Below, piece by piece: positions 1 to 13,819 of a stretch of DNA of 64,000 nt (positions are counted from its first letter, which is position 1; each line of letters opens with the position of its first letter). Below the pieces are notes generated by a model. It saw only the letters and a list, made by a program, of their open reading frames with translations. It had not been told where the DNA came from and searched no databases. The stretch comes from Felis catus. Its lineage: Eukaryota. The position numbers and the translations under genes are program-made. The stretch covers positions 151,406,001 to 151,470,000 of the forward strand of contig NC_058368.1 of assembly GCF_018350175.1 (NCBI RefSeq), read 5' to 3'.

Positions 1-2017
1 GAATTATTCATCCCAGAACGACATCAGGAAGCATTTGACCCTTGCTGTCATGATTTCTGATTCAGAATCTTCAATGAAGGTCTTCCTTTGTAAATCAGCA
101 GTCCATCTCTTACCCATAGTATTTGGATGAGTCAAATGGCTTGTTTACGACATGTTTAATGTTTTGTGAATCCTGCCTCCTGATTCACTTGAAGTACTTT
201 ATAATTATATTCCTTGAAAACAGATGCTTTTAATATTCAGCTTGAGTGTTTTATAAGCTATACAAATATTTTGTTTGTGGTATTTTCTGGTGCTCACAGC
301 CAAAATATGCTAGTCAACTTTTCAGAAGATCATTTTATTATGCGGGAACCTGGGGCGATGCAGCTTCTGAAGTTTCTCCCCCCACTTGGGATCTGTCAAC
401 CTCATAACATGTCCTACTGCAAAGGACCCGTTCCTAGCATTTTAATCCTTTGAATAAATTATAAAAATATTTTGTCACATCCTGACCAGCAGTTTCATCA
501 AGTGATAATGTGGCTCTTGTCCTTGTGGCTCTTGTCCTGGCTCCCCCTTCCTTCTGTTACTGGGCTGAAGAGATTTTCTCAAGCCATCTAAGGAAGAAGG
601 CCCAATTAAAACCACTCCTTCTTGCACCACTAAAACCCCACACAATGATTTGAAAAAATACCCCTAATTTGAAGCTGTTAATACAACTGTAATTTTATTT
701 CTTGAACATTGCCTGTTGTAGGGTACTGCCAATCTGTGAAAACAAACCAGTAATAGCACCATTTGAGAACCACCCAGGGTCAATTGTCCCCTTTTCTTTT
801 TGCTAAATAACCTATTAAAAGACCCCTAGCAGCTGTAACAATAACTAAAGAGCTAGCAGTGCCAATTATGCCTGGGTAGTAGTAGTGGTAGCACAGCACC
901 AGTCCCAGCAATACTCCAAACCAATAGTCTAGCAATTTTCCATGCCCAGGGTACTCAACCTGAGAAAGAGGTTGGCTGTGTTGGGAGGAAGAAGCGTGAG
1001 GTTTTTATATCTGTGATGTTTCAGGACGTGAAACTTTCAAGACCGTTTTTATATAATGCCATAAGCCTTCTAGTTCTGCACTGAAATTGAACTAAAAAGT
1101 GAGCTGTGCAAAGTTTCAAGACATATTGGCATGGTAGGCATCCCTTTAGATACCATTTGTGAAGTCTCAGGATTTATAGGTATTGCTGATTTGAAAACAA
1201 GAATGTTGCTAGTTTTGAAACAATGAAACAACTGTTTTTCCCCTCCTTCCTGGATCAGTGTCTCTACCTGCTGATACTGTCGTTTATACTGCTTAGGTAT
1301 TGTGTTTCATTCTCCTAAGTGTATATTCTGTAGTGTTTTTCTCTAGTCCCTCATGTGAATATCAGATCTGTGTTATAAATCTCTCAAGGAAAGAAGCAAT
1401 CAATGCCATTTGTTTCCTGGATGCCTTTTAGTACTTTATATATTACCAGGCATATAGTAGATACTAAATTAATTAATTAATTCCCTATTTATAAGGTTTT
1501 ACATATTAATGGCCCTTCACATAATTTTACAATTTAGCTATTCTTGATACACATTTTAATATTACCATCTGTCTTTTTAGTACATTATCACAGAAAAATT
1601 TATCATGTGGAATGGTGGTGCTATGCATTATGCTGTCTAATCAAGTATTCTGACTAATAAATATTTATTCTGAATATTATTCATAGATTAATAATTTTCA
1701 AGAGATTTTTCTGCTATGACATGTATTTTAATGCTAAGCCTAAATTAAACAAAGTTAAACCTTAATGACTTAAGAGATTCCTCTTGGGTCTAGGTTAACC
1801 GGACTAGTAAAAACAAAAGATATCTGCTGGTGAGAGCTTCTGGTTTGAAGAATGACAGATGAGTAAGCTTCAAATTATGTGAGTTGATTAAAAAAGCTAT
1901 TAAGTCATGTAAAAGAGAAAACATCCAAAGGAATATGGTCATATTTGTGTTAATAGATGAATTTATTCTGAAAAAGATTCTTAAGGTTGAGAATATCAAG
2001 TTGATAGTCATCTTTAA

Positions 2018-2240
2018 AAAAAAAATTTTTAATATTTATTTTTGAGAGAGAGAGAGAGAGAGAGAGGGAGACAGAGTGCGAGCAGCGGAGGGGCAGAGAG
2101 AGAGGGAGACACGGAGTCTGAAGCAGGGTCCAGGGTCTAGGCTGTCAGCTCAGAGTCCCACGCGGGGCTTGAACCCACAAACTGTGAGATCATGACCTGA
2201 GCCAAAGTTGGACGCTTAACTGAGTCACCCGGGCAACCCC
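2018..2240 (-). mobile_element. Can-SINE (felid SINEC-type)
   Basis: Reverse-strand tRNA-derived head, (GA)n tract and A-rich tail; TSD gttgata(c)gtcatctttaa at 2000-2017 and 2241-2259. Confidence 0.95.
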
Positions 2241-4376
2241 GTTGATACGTCATCTTTAATAATGTTCTAGAGTAAACAAGTAGCCAAAATGTAGGAGTTT
2301 CCCTATTCTATTGTGTACCATAAATCTTCTTTATATATATTTTTAGTCTCTTTTCATATCTCCTCTCTTTTGCCCACCGCATCATTCACCCATAATCTCT
2401 GTGTTATGCTTGAGAAGGCAAGATGTGGGAAATGTTATCTAGTAACTTAGTTTTCAGGGACAGACTGTAGTCTCTTTCTTCTCAAGCCTGGAAGAAGCCT
2501 CCCTCTATATGTAGACAGTCCCCTTGAGCCTGATGGCCTGTAAAACAGTTTACCCTCTGGGAAAGAAGGTTGGATCCCTTACACATTGTGTCTCCCATCC
2601 ACATTTGAACTGTCTTGAGTCTCCTGACTGACAAGGAAGAATCAAACTGACTTGAGAAGTTGTCCAACAGGGCTACAAATTATCTTCAATATGTCTTCCT
2701 GACCATCCACCTTACTCCTATGGGAACCCTTTATGAATTAAATTATCTCAGGAAGTACTGTCTCTGAAAGTGGAAATAAGGGGAGGGGTATTACAATGCA
2801 GACACACATATATATTATCTATAACATTGGCAGGCGAAGCCAAGGTTTTCCTTCTTTAATGCATGGAGGGGGGATGGGTGTGTAATCTCATTCTGTCAAA
2901 AATGCTGAAGATTTCGTATATCACTGAGTTTCAAAATAAATTACGTGCATAGTAGTGCTACATTAAACCAACATCCAGCCCTGTTTCTTCACCCAGTTGC
3001 GATGCTTTTTTATCTCTTGAAATAAGAAACACATTTAACTTGGTTTCTATGATCATCCTGGAAATAATACTCTCTTGTTTTGGCATAAAGTAGAAACATG
3101 CATTTTTAATCAAGAAGTATGCTTTTCATTGAGAGAGGGGAGAGGCAGCACTTCGTGCTGACTTTAAAGCGGTTTTGTTGAGTTGTGGAGGGCAGACATG
3201 GCCCGCTTCATCCACAGCTCAGCCTACTCACTGCTGACATCAGGCTGGCGGGCTGGCTTCAGACGAACATTATGGAGTGAGGTTTCACTCATTTCTGTCA
3301 AGCCTCTTCTCCCACCTCAGGATGAAAAAGAGAAATGGCATTTCTTTTAAGCTTGGATGCCATGTTCCGACTTACTCCACAGGCTTTATTTTTGACTTTT
3401 ACCTCCTGCACTGCTAATGGGAAACTGCCAATAGTGTTGACTCTCTCTCCTACCCCATCAGATTTTCTTTTTTAGCTAAATATGTACAGAAAGTTTTATT
3501 GAAACGTGCCAAGTCTCAGCTCGGTATTCCCCGATACTACACAAAGTGAGTTGCAATAAATATAGCATTGAAAATCTGAAATTACTGAATGCACCCATTT
3601 CTGTAGTTAAATACCATGAAAGACATAAGGGAATTTACAGTATGCTTTAAAGGAGGGAAAAACACCTCCTCCCAGTCTAATAAAATTTGGTAGCTCGGGG
3701 TCACTTCCTAATAGGTGCTATTTCCTCTATTTTAATAAAGGTATTTTAACACCTGAATTCTATGCCAGATCCCATTGTCATTTTTTCCACTGACTGGCTC
3801 AACTAAATGCTGGTGGGGGCCAGACACTCTTCAAACACTGCTGCTGAATGCCAAACACAACTAACATGCATATGGAAGCAGCCAGAGAAAGCAGCACCCC
3901 CCCCCCTAATTATAGCCAAAGGCTTGCAGTCCAGAGAGCTCACAGGAACTTCTGGGGTGGACGGGGGTCAGGAAGCTCCTCGACCACGGATCCCTGAATT
4001 GGCAGCTATCCTTTCCCACCCCATCAACACACAGTCATTTTTTGCCTGCCAAATCCTTGTCCAACCCCAATTCAAATCTATTTATACTCGCCTTTCCTAT
4101 TTCTGGGCTCAGATGTTAGCCCATACGGTGTGTTGACCGGCACTAAATGTTACTGTGAGAGACCAGCGTTTGCCAGCTTCCTTAGTTGCTGACAGCAGGG
4201 AGACAAAAGTTCTGAATATCCGGAAAGACCTTAATCTTCCTAGCATAATCCTGGCCTCGACATGATGGTGGTCGTGAGGTTCAACTTAAAAGCACTAAGT
4301 CTCCTGAAATGGAAGAATTCAGCGGGTTAAGAGTTGGTGCCCGCTGGACTTCTTTGGCAACATTGATGTGTCCCCA

Positions 4377-4566
4377 CAGTGGTTCTCAGAGTTCAGTGTG
4401 TGCGTGAATCACCTGGGAAATGTGTCAGGGATGCAGGTTTGGGGCCCATCCACAGAGATTCTCCTTTAGTTGAGGAGGGTCAGGCCCAGGATTCTGTTTT
4501 CAGTAAACACTGCAGGTGATTGTGATGCAGGTGTTCTGAGGTCCCCACTTTAAGAAGCAATCCTAG
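4377..4566. mobile_element. MER5A-like hAT-Charlie MITE
   Basis: Begins cagtggttctca; contains gaatcacctggg, cagagattct, caggtgattgtgatgcag and ends cactttaagaagca, the typical MER5A layout. Confidence 0.8.
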
Positions 4567-5763
4567 GTCTACACTGCTCTCCCCCAGCCATGTTTCAAAA
4601 GTAAGGGGATTAGCAACCTGTTTTAAACACTTCAGTGTTGGAGTGCTGCTTTAATTCAGATTTATTTAAAGCTTTGGAACATTGAACTTTGTTGTAGAAG
4701 CTTTATTTAAAATTCTGAGGTAGAATAACCTTCTTTTCTAAGTTCAATTTTAACAAGGAATGCTATTTGAAGGCTGTGGTCCTCGGTTTGTGAGGTCTGA
4801 GCATAAAAAGAAAATAAAGCCCTACAAGTTGGACCTTCTTATGTAAAACTAGACCTCATTCTTTTTAAGAGGTGTGACCTCGGATCATTAAAATTTTTCT
4901 GAAGAGAAGAAATCTGGGATAGATAGCTTTCCTGATAAAATGTGCAGTAGAAATTGTAAGCAGCTTATATAGTGCTCTATCCTTTATGCTGTTTTAAGGG
5001 AGTACTTAAATGAAAAGGAATGTTTTAAAGTTAACTCAGCTGAATTCTATGTAGAACAGAGTAAGCAATCCCCAGGGTGCCTAGCTTTTGATGTGTTCTC
5101 TTGCTTCAGTATTTATGGATAACTTAAGAAAACATTGCCACCTTCCCTTTCTGGGAGAGGAGGGCAGGTGGGCACTCCTGTGCTGTGCAACTGTAGGACA
5201 AAAGACACACATAACACATTTAAATAAAAGTAAAATAAGCAAGTTTTATTCATACAATGGTGTTAAGGAAAGTGAGTTCTTTGTTCCAGTTGTCAGTTTG
5301 TGGGTTTGGGTTCTCGGTGTAGAAAAACACAAAAGTAAACTCTTTAAAAAAGGAGGTAAATGTTGGTTGGATGGAGGGGAAGATATGTGAGGATGTGAGT
5401 AAGGCCAACAGAAAAGAGATACTAGAGAAAGGCCTGGGTTTGGGTTAACAGTTAAACCTAATGGTTGCTTTAGGAAGTTTTTGTGGTGATGGAAGATGGA
5501 GCAGCATTAAGTGAAACTGTTTCTTTCACAGAAAATAAGCATCTGTTAGTGAAGCCATGAACTCACATGATGTGGATTTTCTTTTCTGGATATATGAAAA
5601 ATGCTGGATAGCTCTTAAGTAAAATCTGACGTTACAGGGAGAAGGCTTTTTGAGATAAACAGTACTCAAGTGTCTATACCAGTCCATAGCTTTTTGTGCA
5701 GTACAGTCCCCTCGTCTTACGCTTCACATGCTCATTGAATGTTTAAAACAACGGAAGGTATCT

Positions 5764-5978
5764 GGGCGTCTGGGTGGCTCAGTCGGTTAAGCCTCCACTT
5801 TGGCCCAGGTCATGGTCTCATGGTCTGTGGGTTCGAGCCCCGCGTTGGGCTCTGTGCTGACAGCTCGGAGTCTGGAGCCTGCTTTGGATTCTGTGTCTCC
5901 CTCTCTGTCCCTCCCCCGCTCACACTCCTTCTGTCTGTCACTCTCTCAAAAGTAAATAAACGTTAAAAAAAAAAAAAA
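5764..5978 (+). mobile_element. Can-SINE
   Basis: gggcgtctgggtggctcagtcggttaag head, B-box ggttcgagccc, CT tract, poly(A); ggaaggta on both flanks. Confidence 0.95.
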
Positions 5979-7289
5979 GGAAGGTACCAGTTTATCAATA
6001 CATGTATTACCTACCTTTTGTGATGGAACTCGGTCAGAGACCAAGGTGCATCTGGGTAAAGAAAGCTGTCACATGAAACTAGAGCACATTTACTAGCAGT
6101 AAAAATACTGTATCTTAGTATAGTAACATTGACTAGAGTCGTAAAACTGAAGACTTCTAAATATGTTTGTTAACAGAAATGTCACCTACTCCCCACCCCA
6201 GGGTATGGAAAGAAATGAAAATAAACGACCTTCAGACTTCTTAGTAGTCTCTGAGGAATATTTTTGGATGATACACCATTAAATGTGATAAAGCTTTCTT
6301 ACATTTGATTATAATCCAAAATCAAACACATTTTCTTCGTTTAACTGCTAATAGGGTTTATCCAACAACTTATCGGTGTCAAGAAGCTTTCAACCTGTGA
6401 AGATAGTTTATGGAGCCAGTGGTACCTGGTCATTGCTGTGATTGTTGTGGCACCTGATGCATGGTCATAGTAATGATCCTGTTCTGCAAGTTACTCTAAC
6501 AGGGATCCACTGTGGGCTATCACAGATCTATCAAATATTTAAAGACACCCATTTTCTCCTCCATTTAGTGTGTATTATAAGATAGTTGGATACTCTACTA
6601 AAAGCATATCTCTCTGCCTTCATAAAGAGTTCTGGAAAGAAAGCAAAAGACATTTAAAGCATCAAAGAGGCTGATGAATAGGGATGCCAGGATATTCAAA
6701 TACATTTAGAGACAGTATTGTCAAGCTTGTTTTCTGAGCCATGATACTAAAGATAGTAGGAGCCAGCAAAGAAAAGAACTCTGTAGAAATGCAAATCTCT
6801 TCAATGTTGAATCTATTAATCCACTGCACACTTTCTTCTGAATCATACTTACTCAGATGTACAGGCAACAAAAAGTATTTAGAATATTTGCATAATTTCA
6901 AACACCCAGTTCATAAATTATTTATTGGTTGTGGTCAAATGAATGTTAGCTATTTCATAATTATCTTTTGTGTAAAAGGTTGCATGGTTTACAAAAATAT
7001 TTCAATGGCAATTGAATATCTGTAGCTTGCTTAAACAGTGCAGAAAATAAATGGTACTTAATTATGTAGCACTGATGTACATTTTTCTCATGTTCAAAAA
7101 TTCTGAGAAAAATTACACTTAATTTGTAGATTTATTTTAAATGAACATCAGGTATTTACAGTTAAAAAAATCATGGCTAAAAAAAAAATCATGGCTATAC
7201 TCTAGGATTAGGCCAAAGCACTGACAAATAACATGACAGTGTGTGATATAAATCAAGTAACCAGACAACTGTATGTCTTAGTACTTAAG

Positions 7290-7460
7290 AGTTACAGAGT
7301 CATAAAACCTTAGAACAAGAAGCAGCTTCAGGAATCACTAGTTCAACATTTCACTTTGACGGCTGAGAGAATCAGGGCACACAGAACTTCATTGCCTTAC
7401 TGGAGATTAAAGAGACAGAATCCTAATCCAACCCATTTTCTTCAGCACCACATCAGCTGT
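7290..7460 (-). mobile_element. MIR-family SINE fossil
   Basis: Degenerate MIR3/MIRc-like text (atcactagttcaac...gacggctgagagaatcagggcac); recognised by eye. Confidence 0.45.
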
Positions 7461-7504
7461 ATCATTTAAACAATCGTATTCCTTTTCATGTGTAGCTTCT
7501 TGGA

Positions 7505-8830
7505 TGTTATTCCTCAGACACAGCTTCTTGGGTAGCAAAGGCTTGTAAACTAAAAAGGCAAGCTATCTGTTCTGTACACACCCATAAAATACATACTGGT
7601 GAAATAGGAACAGAGAAAACACAATAGAGACTCCCATTTGAAAAAGGGAGGAATTGAAGGCACATAATCGTTGTTGCCCGTAGCGATTCTGTAATCCTTC
7701 TGGGCACATGTCCTTAGTTCCCCTTGTTCTGGGTTCAGGGACTTTTCCTTGACTAGGTTCCAATTATGCTTCTTGGAAATGGTTCTCCATCTGTTGTTCA
7801 TGGCTGCATACTCTTGGCTCTAAGCTTCACTGTCTCAGTGCTTGACTTTGCTCTCTGATTCATCCTTCTTTTTCCATAAAATGGCGTGTTTGCAGCTGTT
7901 TAAATTTTCAAGTCTGTTTTCAGCCTGCAGGGTTCGGGGCCCAGGGACATGTTTTAATTTGAACTGTTTCTCACGCTGATTCATCTCCTTTAAACAACGT
8001 ATGGGTTTTCTATATATCAAACTATAATTTACTCCATTAGATGAAAACCACACTCATAAATCTCTTCCAGATCAGTCCCTCTCTACTTGAGGCTGCCTGC
8101 TGTGGAACGAACAATGCCCTGAAAATTCTTTTAAGTCATTTTACCCAGCTGACAGGGTAGATAAATCTTTTCAAGTCTTAACAGAGGGCATTACACCTTC
8201 ATCTTTGATTTGATCTTGTATTTTGGTAGCACTCTAGATTTCACCTTTGCTTTGAGATCAGTTTTTTCACTTGAGATTTTTTTTTTCTGTCTGGAAAGGC
8301 TGAAAATAAGGAGTTTCATTTTTTGCACATCAAGTCCTGGGTTTGAAATATCCTCTCTAAACTCTGCTTGGAAATTGACCACTCTATCTTTAGATCATCT
8401 CTGTCTTTGCAGTACCTTATCCTAAGAGGGTAAAAGGAATTAACTGACATGTTCAACATGCTTTTACAAAGAGATATCCACAAGTTCCTCAAATACATTT
8501 TCTATCTTTAAAGTTATCACAGGCAACAATTTCATTTACCTTTCCACTAATAAAAGGTAGGTTCCCCTTGGGGTGCCTGGCTAGCCTAGTTGGTAGAGCA
8601 TGTAACTCTTGATCTCGAGATTGTTAGTTTGAGCCCCATGTTGGATATAGAGATTATTTAAAAATCTTAAAAAAAAAGTCTCCCCTCTCTTCAACTTTCA
8701 ACTGCAGTTTCTTCCTGCTTTCTCAGCTCTACTAACTGCCACTTTGCCACCTTTCAGGTCTCCTCTCATTTCTGGTCTCCATGGTCAATGCCATATATTC
8801 TAGGTTTGTTGTATACACTTCTACTCCTTC
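7505..8830 (-). mobile_element. MaLR (MLT1) internal region, interrupted by a short SINE
   Basis: MLT-int-like segments (ggcaagctatctg...gactcccatttgaaaaagggagg; ...aatgccatatattctaggtttg) abutting an MLT1 LTR. Confidence 0.65.
8570..8678 (+). mobile_element. Short older Can-SINE (no CT tract)
   Basis: ggggtgcctggctagcctagttggtagagcatg...gagccccatgttgg...A tail; flanks gttcccct / gtctcccct. Confidence 0.85.
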
Positions 8831-8834
8831 TTTA

Positions 8835-9255
8835 TCATCTCCAAAACAAACTACCTGCACTGAGTAGCTTAAACAGCAATGCTTTATTATTTCTCATGAT
8901 TTTATGGGTAGTTCTTTTGCTTCACATGGTGTTACTGAGTCACTTAATAAACATTTGCTTTAAGGTAAGAGCTCAGCTAGTGTCAGAAATATCTAAGATG
9001 GCTTCTCCGCCTCCAGGGTTTGTCATTTAGTACTTTAGCCTTTCTTTCTTTATAGGATACTGCCGGTATGATGCCTGCCTTTCACGGGGTAGAGTTCAAA
9101 AAGGATATGCCCAGTGTGCAAATGTTTACCAAGCTTCTGCTTGCATCAGAGCTGGCAATGTCCCATTGGTTAAAGCCAGTCACAGAGCCATTACATAGGA
9201 GTTTGGAACATCTGGAGGTGTGATTTATTAAAGGCTACCGATGTAACACTCTAAG
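8835..9255 (-). mobile_element. MLT1 (I/J-like) LTR
   Basis: agtagcttaaacagcaa...ttattatttctcatgattt and caagcttctgcttgcatc...aatgtcccattggttaaagccagtcac are MLT1 hallmarks. Confidence 0.7.
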
Positions 9256-9615
9256 ATAGGCGTGGAGGAAGAAGTGAGTGAATTATTTGTCAATCAATAA
9301 TCTCATTTACCATAATTTTCAAATTATCTTGGAATTTTTCTAATTTCTTCCTGCCATGTATATTTTGACCATTTTACTGCCTAATACCATTTTTCACTAG
9401 AGCTGATTTGGGCTACCTTATCAAAGACCAAATTTTTATGATAATAAACTACCAGTCTGTGCTCTGGAGCAAGAATTCTTAGCTAATCCTCTCTTCTCCT
9501 ACAAAAAAAGAGTAAAGCATATCGTTGCTTAACTACTTTTTGATTGAGACTGAATTTAAAAATTCAAACAAACCTTGTAGAAAAGTTCTCATTTGAAAAA
9601 TAACTTAAATCTTAC

Positions 9616-10123
9616 TGTAGCGGGCATCTTTGGTGTCCCCTGTCCTATCCCTTCAGCCACCCGCACTTGCAGCCATAGTTGCACTGCATGGTTCCTTTGA
9701 GCCAGTCTTGTCTCTGAATGGTGGTGTCCCATCTCAAGCATAGCATGTGTATCTTTCAGCTTTCATCCTCTGGGCTTTCTCTCAGCTATGACCTGAAATG
9801 AGCTCTGCTGAGAAGTGTGGGTTATTTAAGTGTGGGATGTTTATTGCTCTCAGGGGGCAACCACTGAACAATGATAAATAAGAACTGGTAGCTCCTTCAG
9901 GTGGACAGTGTTGGAAGGCATTCTGTGTGCGTTTCAGAGGTCCCAGCAGAATTGAGCCCTGACGGACGCAAAACCAATATTAAACTCTTTTAACATTTGC
10001 ATTTTTACTCCCCTGCCTCTCTCCTCACTCCCTCACTGTTGCTTCCAGGGCTGGCTTTCCAATTAAACTGCATGTTCTCACATCTGTCTGAGGCTCAGTT
10101 TTGAGTGGAACTGAGTCAGGATA
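9616..10123 (+). mobile_element. LTR16-family (ERVL) solo LTR
   Basis: Starts TG at 9616, 5-bp TSD cttac at 9611-9615 and 10124-10128; internal gtggacagtgttggaaggcattctg...cagaggtcccagcagaattgagccc. Confidence 0.75.
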
Positions 10124-13100
10124 CTTACTTTCTACGAATACATAAAAGAACCAAAACTAGGTGATTTTTTTAGGTTTAACAATTTTAAAAACAGTTCTAT
10201 TCTTACATGCTTTAATTTCTATCATCACTATCATCATCTTTATCATTGCTAGTAACATAATTAAATATGCAAACATATTTAAAGGTCATATGTAAAGAAT
10301 TTTGTACAATTCTACAAATATAAGACTTGGGGATTTAGCAAAATTACCTTTTATTTGAGGTAAATCAAGAAATAAAGGAACAGCATTGGGAAATGCGATT
10401 TTGACTGGGAGGAATGAGGAAAAAAGGAAACATCAATTTTATAGAAACCATTTTCACAATTAATTGTTTTATCTCCTGATCATGCATATTCTCCTAGTAT
10501 TTTGGGAAAAAATAAGGCTACTCTAAAAGGATATTTAGATACTAAGTATTTAAAGCTCACTAAGTATAATAAACTCATTTAAAAATTGAACTCCTTCTAG
10601 GAATTTTCTAAGATAAGACATATGTGATAGAATGTTATAGTGGCTAATTTTTTTATGTTGTGGCTAAATTTTTCATCTAATCCTCGCCCAGATAAATTCT
10701 CAGGTATACATCAAGATTGGAGCCTTTTTATAGTCTTTGCTTCTCCTGATGTGAGATTAAACAAACATAGCCCTGAAGTTGGAATCCTTTCTCTCTAGTG
10801 GACTATTATCAGTCTAGGAAACGTGACCGTCTTGAAATGCATGGTTGTAAACCAGCAAAGCTTCACTGTGGTCTGCCTTCAGTGTCATCTTAGTTTTAGA
10901 ACATATGATTGAAGGGTATGGCAATATAAATGGTTACTTGTGGCTGATATACTTCAAAATCAACGTTAGTGTTATAATGGAAGAATGTATGAGGTCTCAA
11001 GAATATTTGGTTCATATATTTAACACTGCATTTCTTTTGAACACTCATAGTGCTTTCTAATGGCAAAGGGCTACTTGAACAAAGATAGGGTTTGTATTTC
11101 CTTTAAAGTAGGAGCCATATAAAAATTTAATCAAGTAAGTGAAAGGTAAAAATGTCATCACACTTCTAAAATTTGCTGTCAATATTTCACACCTGTATGG
11201 AAAGCAGATAGCTGTCTAAGCAGCAGCTTGATAACATTCCAAACTGCAACCCCTAATTAACTCACCTTTTGAATTATCAGCTAGACTCCATTGCAACCCA
11301 TGCAGCCTATTGGCAGGGAGCCTGACAACAAAATGCATGTTTAAAATACCAAGTAGGGAGAGGAATGCTATATTATTTGGCACAAATACTATCATCCACC
11401 TGTGCAGAGGGAATATGCTTTTCCACTTTGCTTATTATAGATGATCTACTAGTTATATGCTCTTGGCATCATCCCAATAAATTATCTAGTAATCTCTTTG
11501 TCTAAGGAAGAGTAGTGAAGCTATATTGCAGTGGACTCAGTGTAGTGAGTTAATTAAATTAGATTAAAAATCCACAATATTTAAATCCTCTCAGTAGTCT
11601 GAAATTTGTATAGAAAAGTCTAGAGATCATGTAGTTTGTTTTATGAGGTTAAACCCAATTTGGATACATTTGGGACTTGGAACAGAGAGAGCTCATGCCA
11701 TGTAAGAATTGAATAATGCAAGTATTTGAGAATTTAGTCTGTCTCTTTGTAAATGAATGAGGAGGCTTCTCTATAAATACAGAGAAAGTAGTGGTCATTA
11801 AAGTTTTATGAGGCTGATTATTTTAAACAGCTTAGAATGATAAAATCACTCACTTGAGGCTATGAACATCACGTAAGTCTTGTAGTAATAGTTTCTCCAT
11901 CAAAAGTGACTAGAATTTTTTTTCTTTTTCTACCAGTGGTTATTCTTTTATTAATCAGTCCATTAAAGGAAATCTAAAAGCATCTGTTGTATTGAACAAG
12001 TGTTTACTGTATTAGAGATTTAATCATTATATACCAAATAGTCTACTAACAAAATGTTGTGTTAGTATAATGATCATGGTTAGAATGACACTAGAGAAAA
12101 CTAGCAAGGTGTTATTTTGATAAATTCCTCTGAGAAGAGAAGGGGATGTGTAACTTCATACATTTTATAAAAAATGACTCAAAACTATATTTTCTTTCCA
12201 TTCTCTCCCCTTTTGTTTTCTTATTTTTATAACAGCAACAATAATTATTATTAGTTATTGTCTAGTATCTTGGAGCAAAGAAAAAATCCCTTTTTGGTTA
12301 GGTGCTTAAAGACAAAAATTACTGAATTCAGAGGAGAGGTTCTGGGAGACCATTATAAAAATATGACCCTGTGATCTTTTGAGATGTGAGTTAGGAATCT
12401 CCCTTTAATGAAAACCTGAGAGGTGTTTTTTTTCTTCCCCCTAGTTCAGTCATAAGTTCACACAGATCAGTCAAATGATCAGTCAAATCTATAGATACGT
12501 GGTTTAAATCTACTGCTTTAGACCGGGGTTGCCTGATTTGCCTTTTGGGTTTTTTTTTTTCCAGTTGCTATGTCATGCACTCTCCATGGACTCAATGTTT
12601 CTTTCTTCAGAGCACTAGCAGATAACTGTCATTTCACAACCAAAAGACTGTCACAGATTTAAAAATACCTGGTATGGACATGATCATTTCACAAATGTGA
12701 TTTACTTGATGTTTAAGAACATAGCATCTATTCTTATGGGAAAAATAATATTTTACTGCTTTTAGGTCTGTATATCAATCTGGAATTTGAAAGCATTATA
12801 CTTCATTGAGTTTTCCTCTTTTTCAGAAGAGAATTGACTGACTTTTTCCAAAAAGTCACATTGAGTTTTAAATCTTGTACTTTTAAATGGCATTATACCC
12901 ATGTTACGGTTTCTGAACCAAAGAATTTCTCTTTTCTGCTAACCTCTTGAGGTCACAGTGGTGGTTTGAAGTCTAAGCAGCAATTCTGTTCAAAGAGTAA
13001 CTCACAGCAGGGTGTGTGCAGTAAGGGTATTCGTGATTCTGGTCTTCACATATATTCTACTTTACCTTTTAGAAAATTTTGGTTTTGAGGCTACTACAAA

Positions 13101-13419
13101 GGCAACACCCTTAAAACACGTCATTTTCTATATCTCCCTGTACCCAGAGCCTTATACAATGACATTGGAGATATATTACTAGAATTTTTATTGCACAATT
13201 GCCATTTAAAAAATTCCCAGTGGAATCCTTGATCCCTCACATGCTCTTGGCTCTAGAGTGCTTTCCATCCACCCTTGAGAAACGGTTCAAAGGTTACTTT
13301 CTGGAATGAGCTGGAAGATGATGTGCCCTTCAAACCAGAGATCATCCCTTCCATTTGGGCCTTTTCCTGAGTGGTGAGGAGAATATGATAAGAGTTATAT
13401 TTTGTTGAGTGGCATTCAG

Positions 13420-13660
13420 ATTTTGGACTCTGGGTCCTGAATGCTTGGAGCTGAATCCTGACTCTGCTGCTTACTAGCTGTGTGAATTAGGGCACACTCT
13501 TTAAGCTCTTTGTGCCTCAGTTTCTTTTTCATTCTCTTTTTCTTTTGTGTGTGTACTGGCATCTTAGGTGTGTTGTAATAAATGAGTTAATGTATAGAAA
13601 AATCAGTGTCTGGCACGTCATAAGTGCAATATATGTATAACTGTTATCATTATTATTATC
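13420..13660 (+). mobile_element. MIR SINE
   Basis: gaatcctgactctgctgcttactagctgtgtg...gtgcctcagtttc core and tctggcacgtcataagtgc...tattattat tail. Confidence 0.8.
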
Positions 13661-13819
13661 CAAATATGTGTCTGTCTTTATGAGGATTTCATAGCATTGA
13701 TTTATTGCCGTATGTAATTGGGTTCTTAGAAAGCTGTGATAGGAAAGAGAAAGGGAGAAATTTATTTGTTAAAGTTGCATTTACTGTTAATGTACCAGGT
13801 CATCAAAAACTGAAATGTG

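Noticed and set aside
114..212. 99-nt minus-strand exon-like segment (tctgttttcaag| ... |gtaaga)
   Set aside because: Good splice signals but stops in all three frames; cannot be supported as coding
509..538. Short tandem duplications (15 bp here; 12 bp at 12465-12488; 17 bp at 36394-36427)
   Set aside because: Two-copy slippage products without spacers or endonuclease signature; not CRISPR-like
2630..2690. CR1/L3-like peptide KEESN*LEKLSNRATN
   Set aside because: Too short to call without a profile search
3807..4136. 109-aa plus-strand ORF
   Set aside because: No recognisable domain or splice context; length within chance range
5739..5966. Short ORFs overlapping SINEs (also 23926, 47817, 50140, 53911 and others)
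   Set aside because: Translations of Can-SINE sequence
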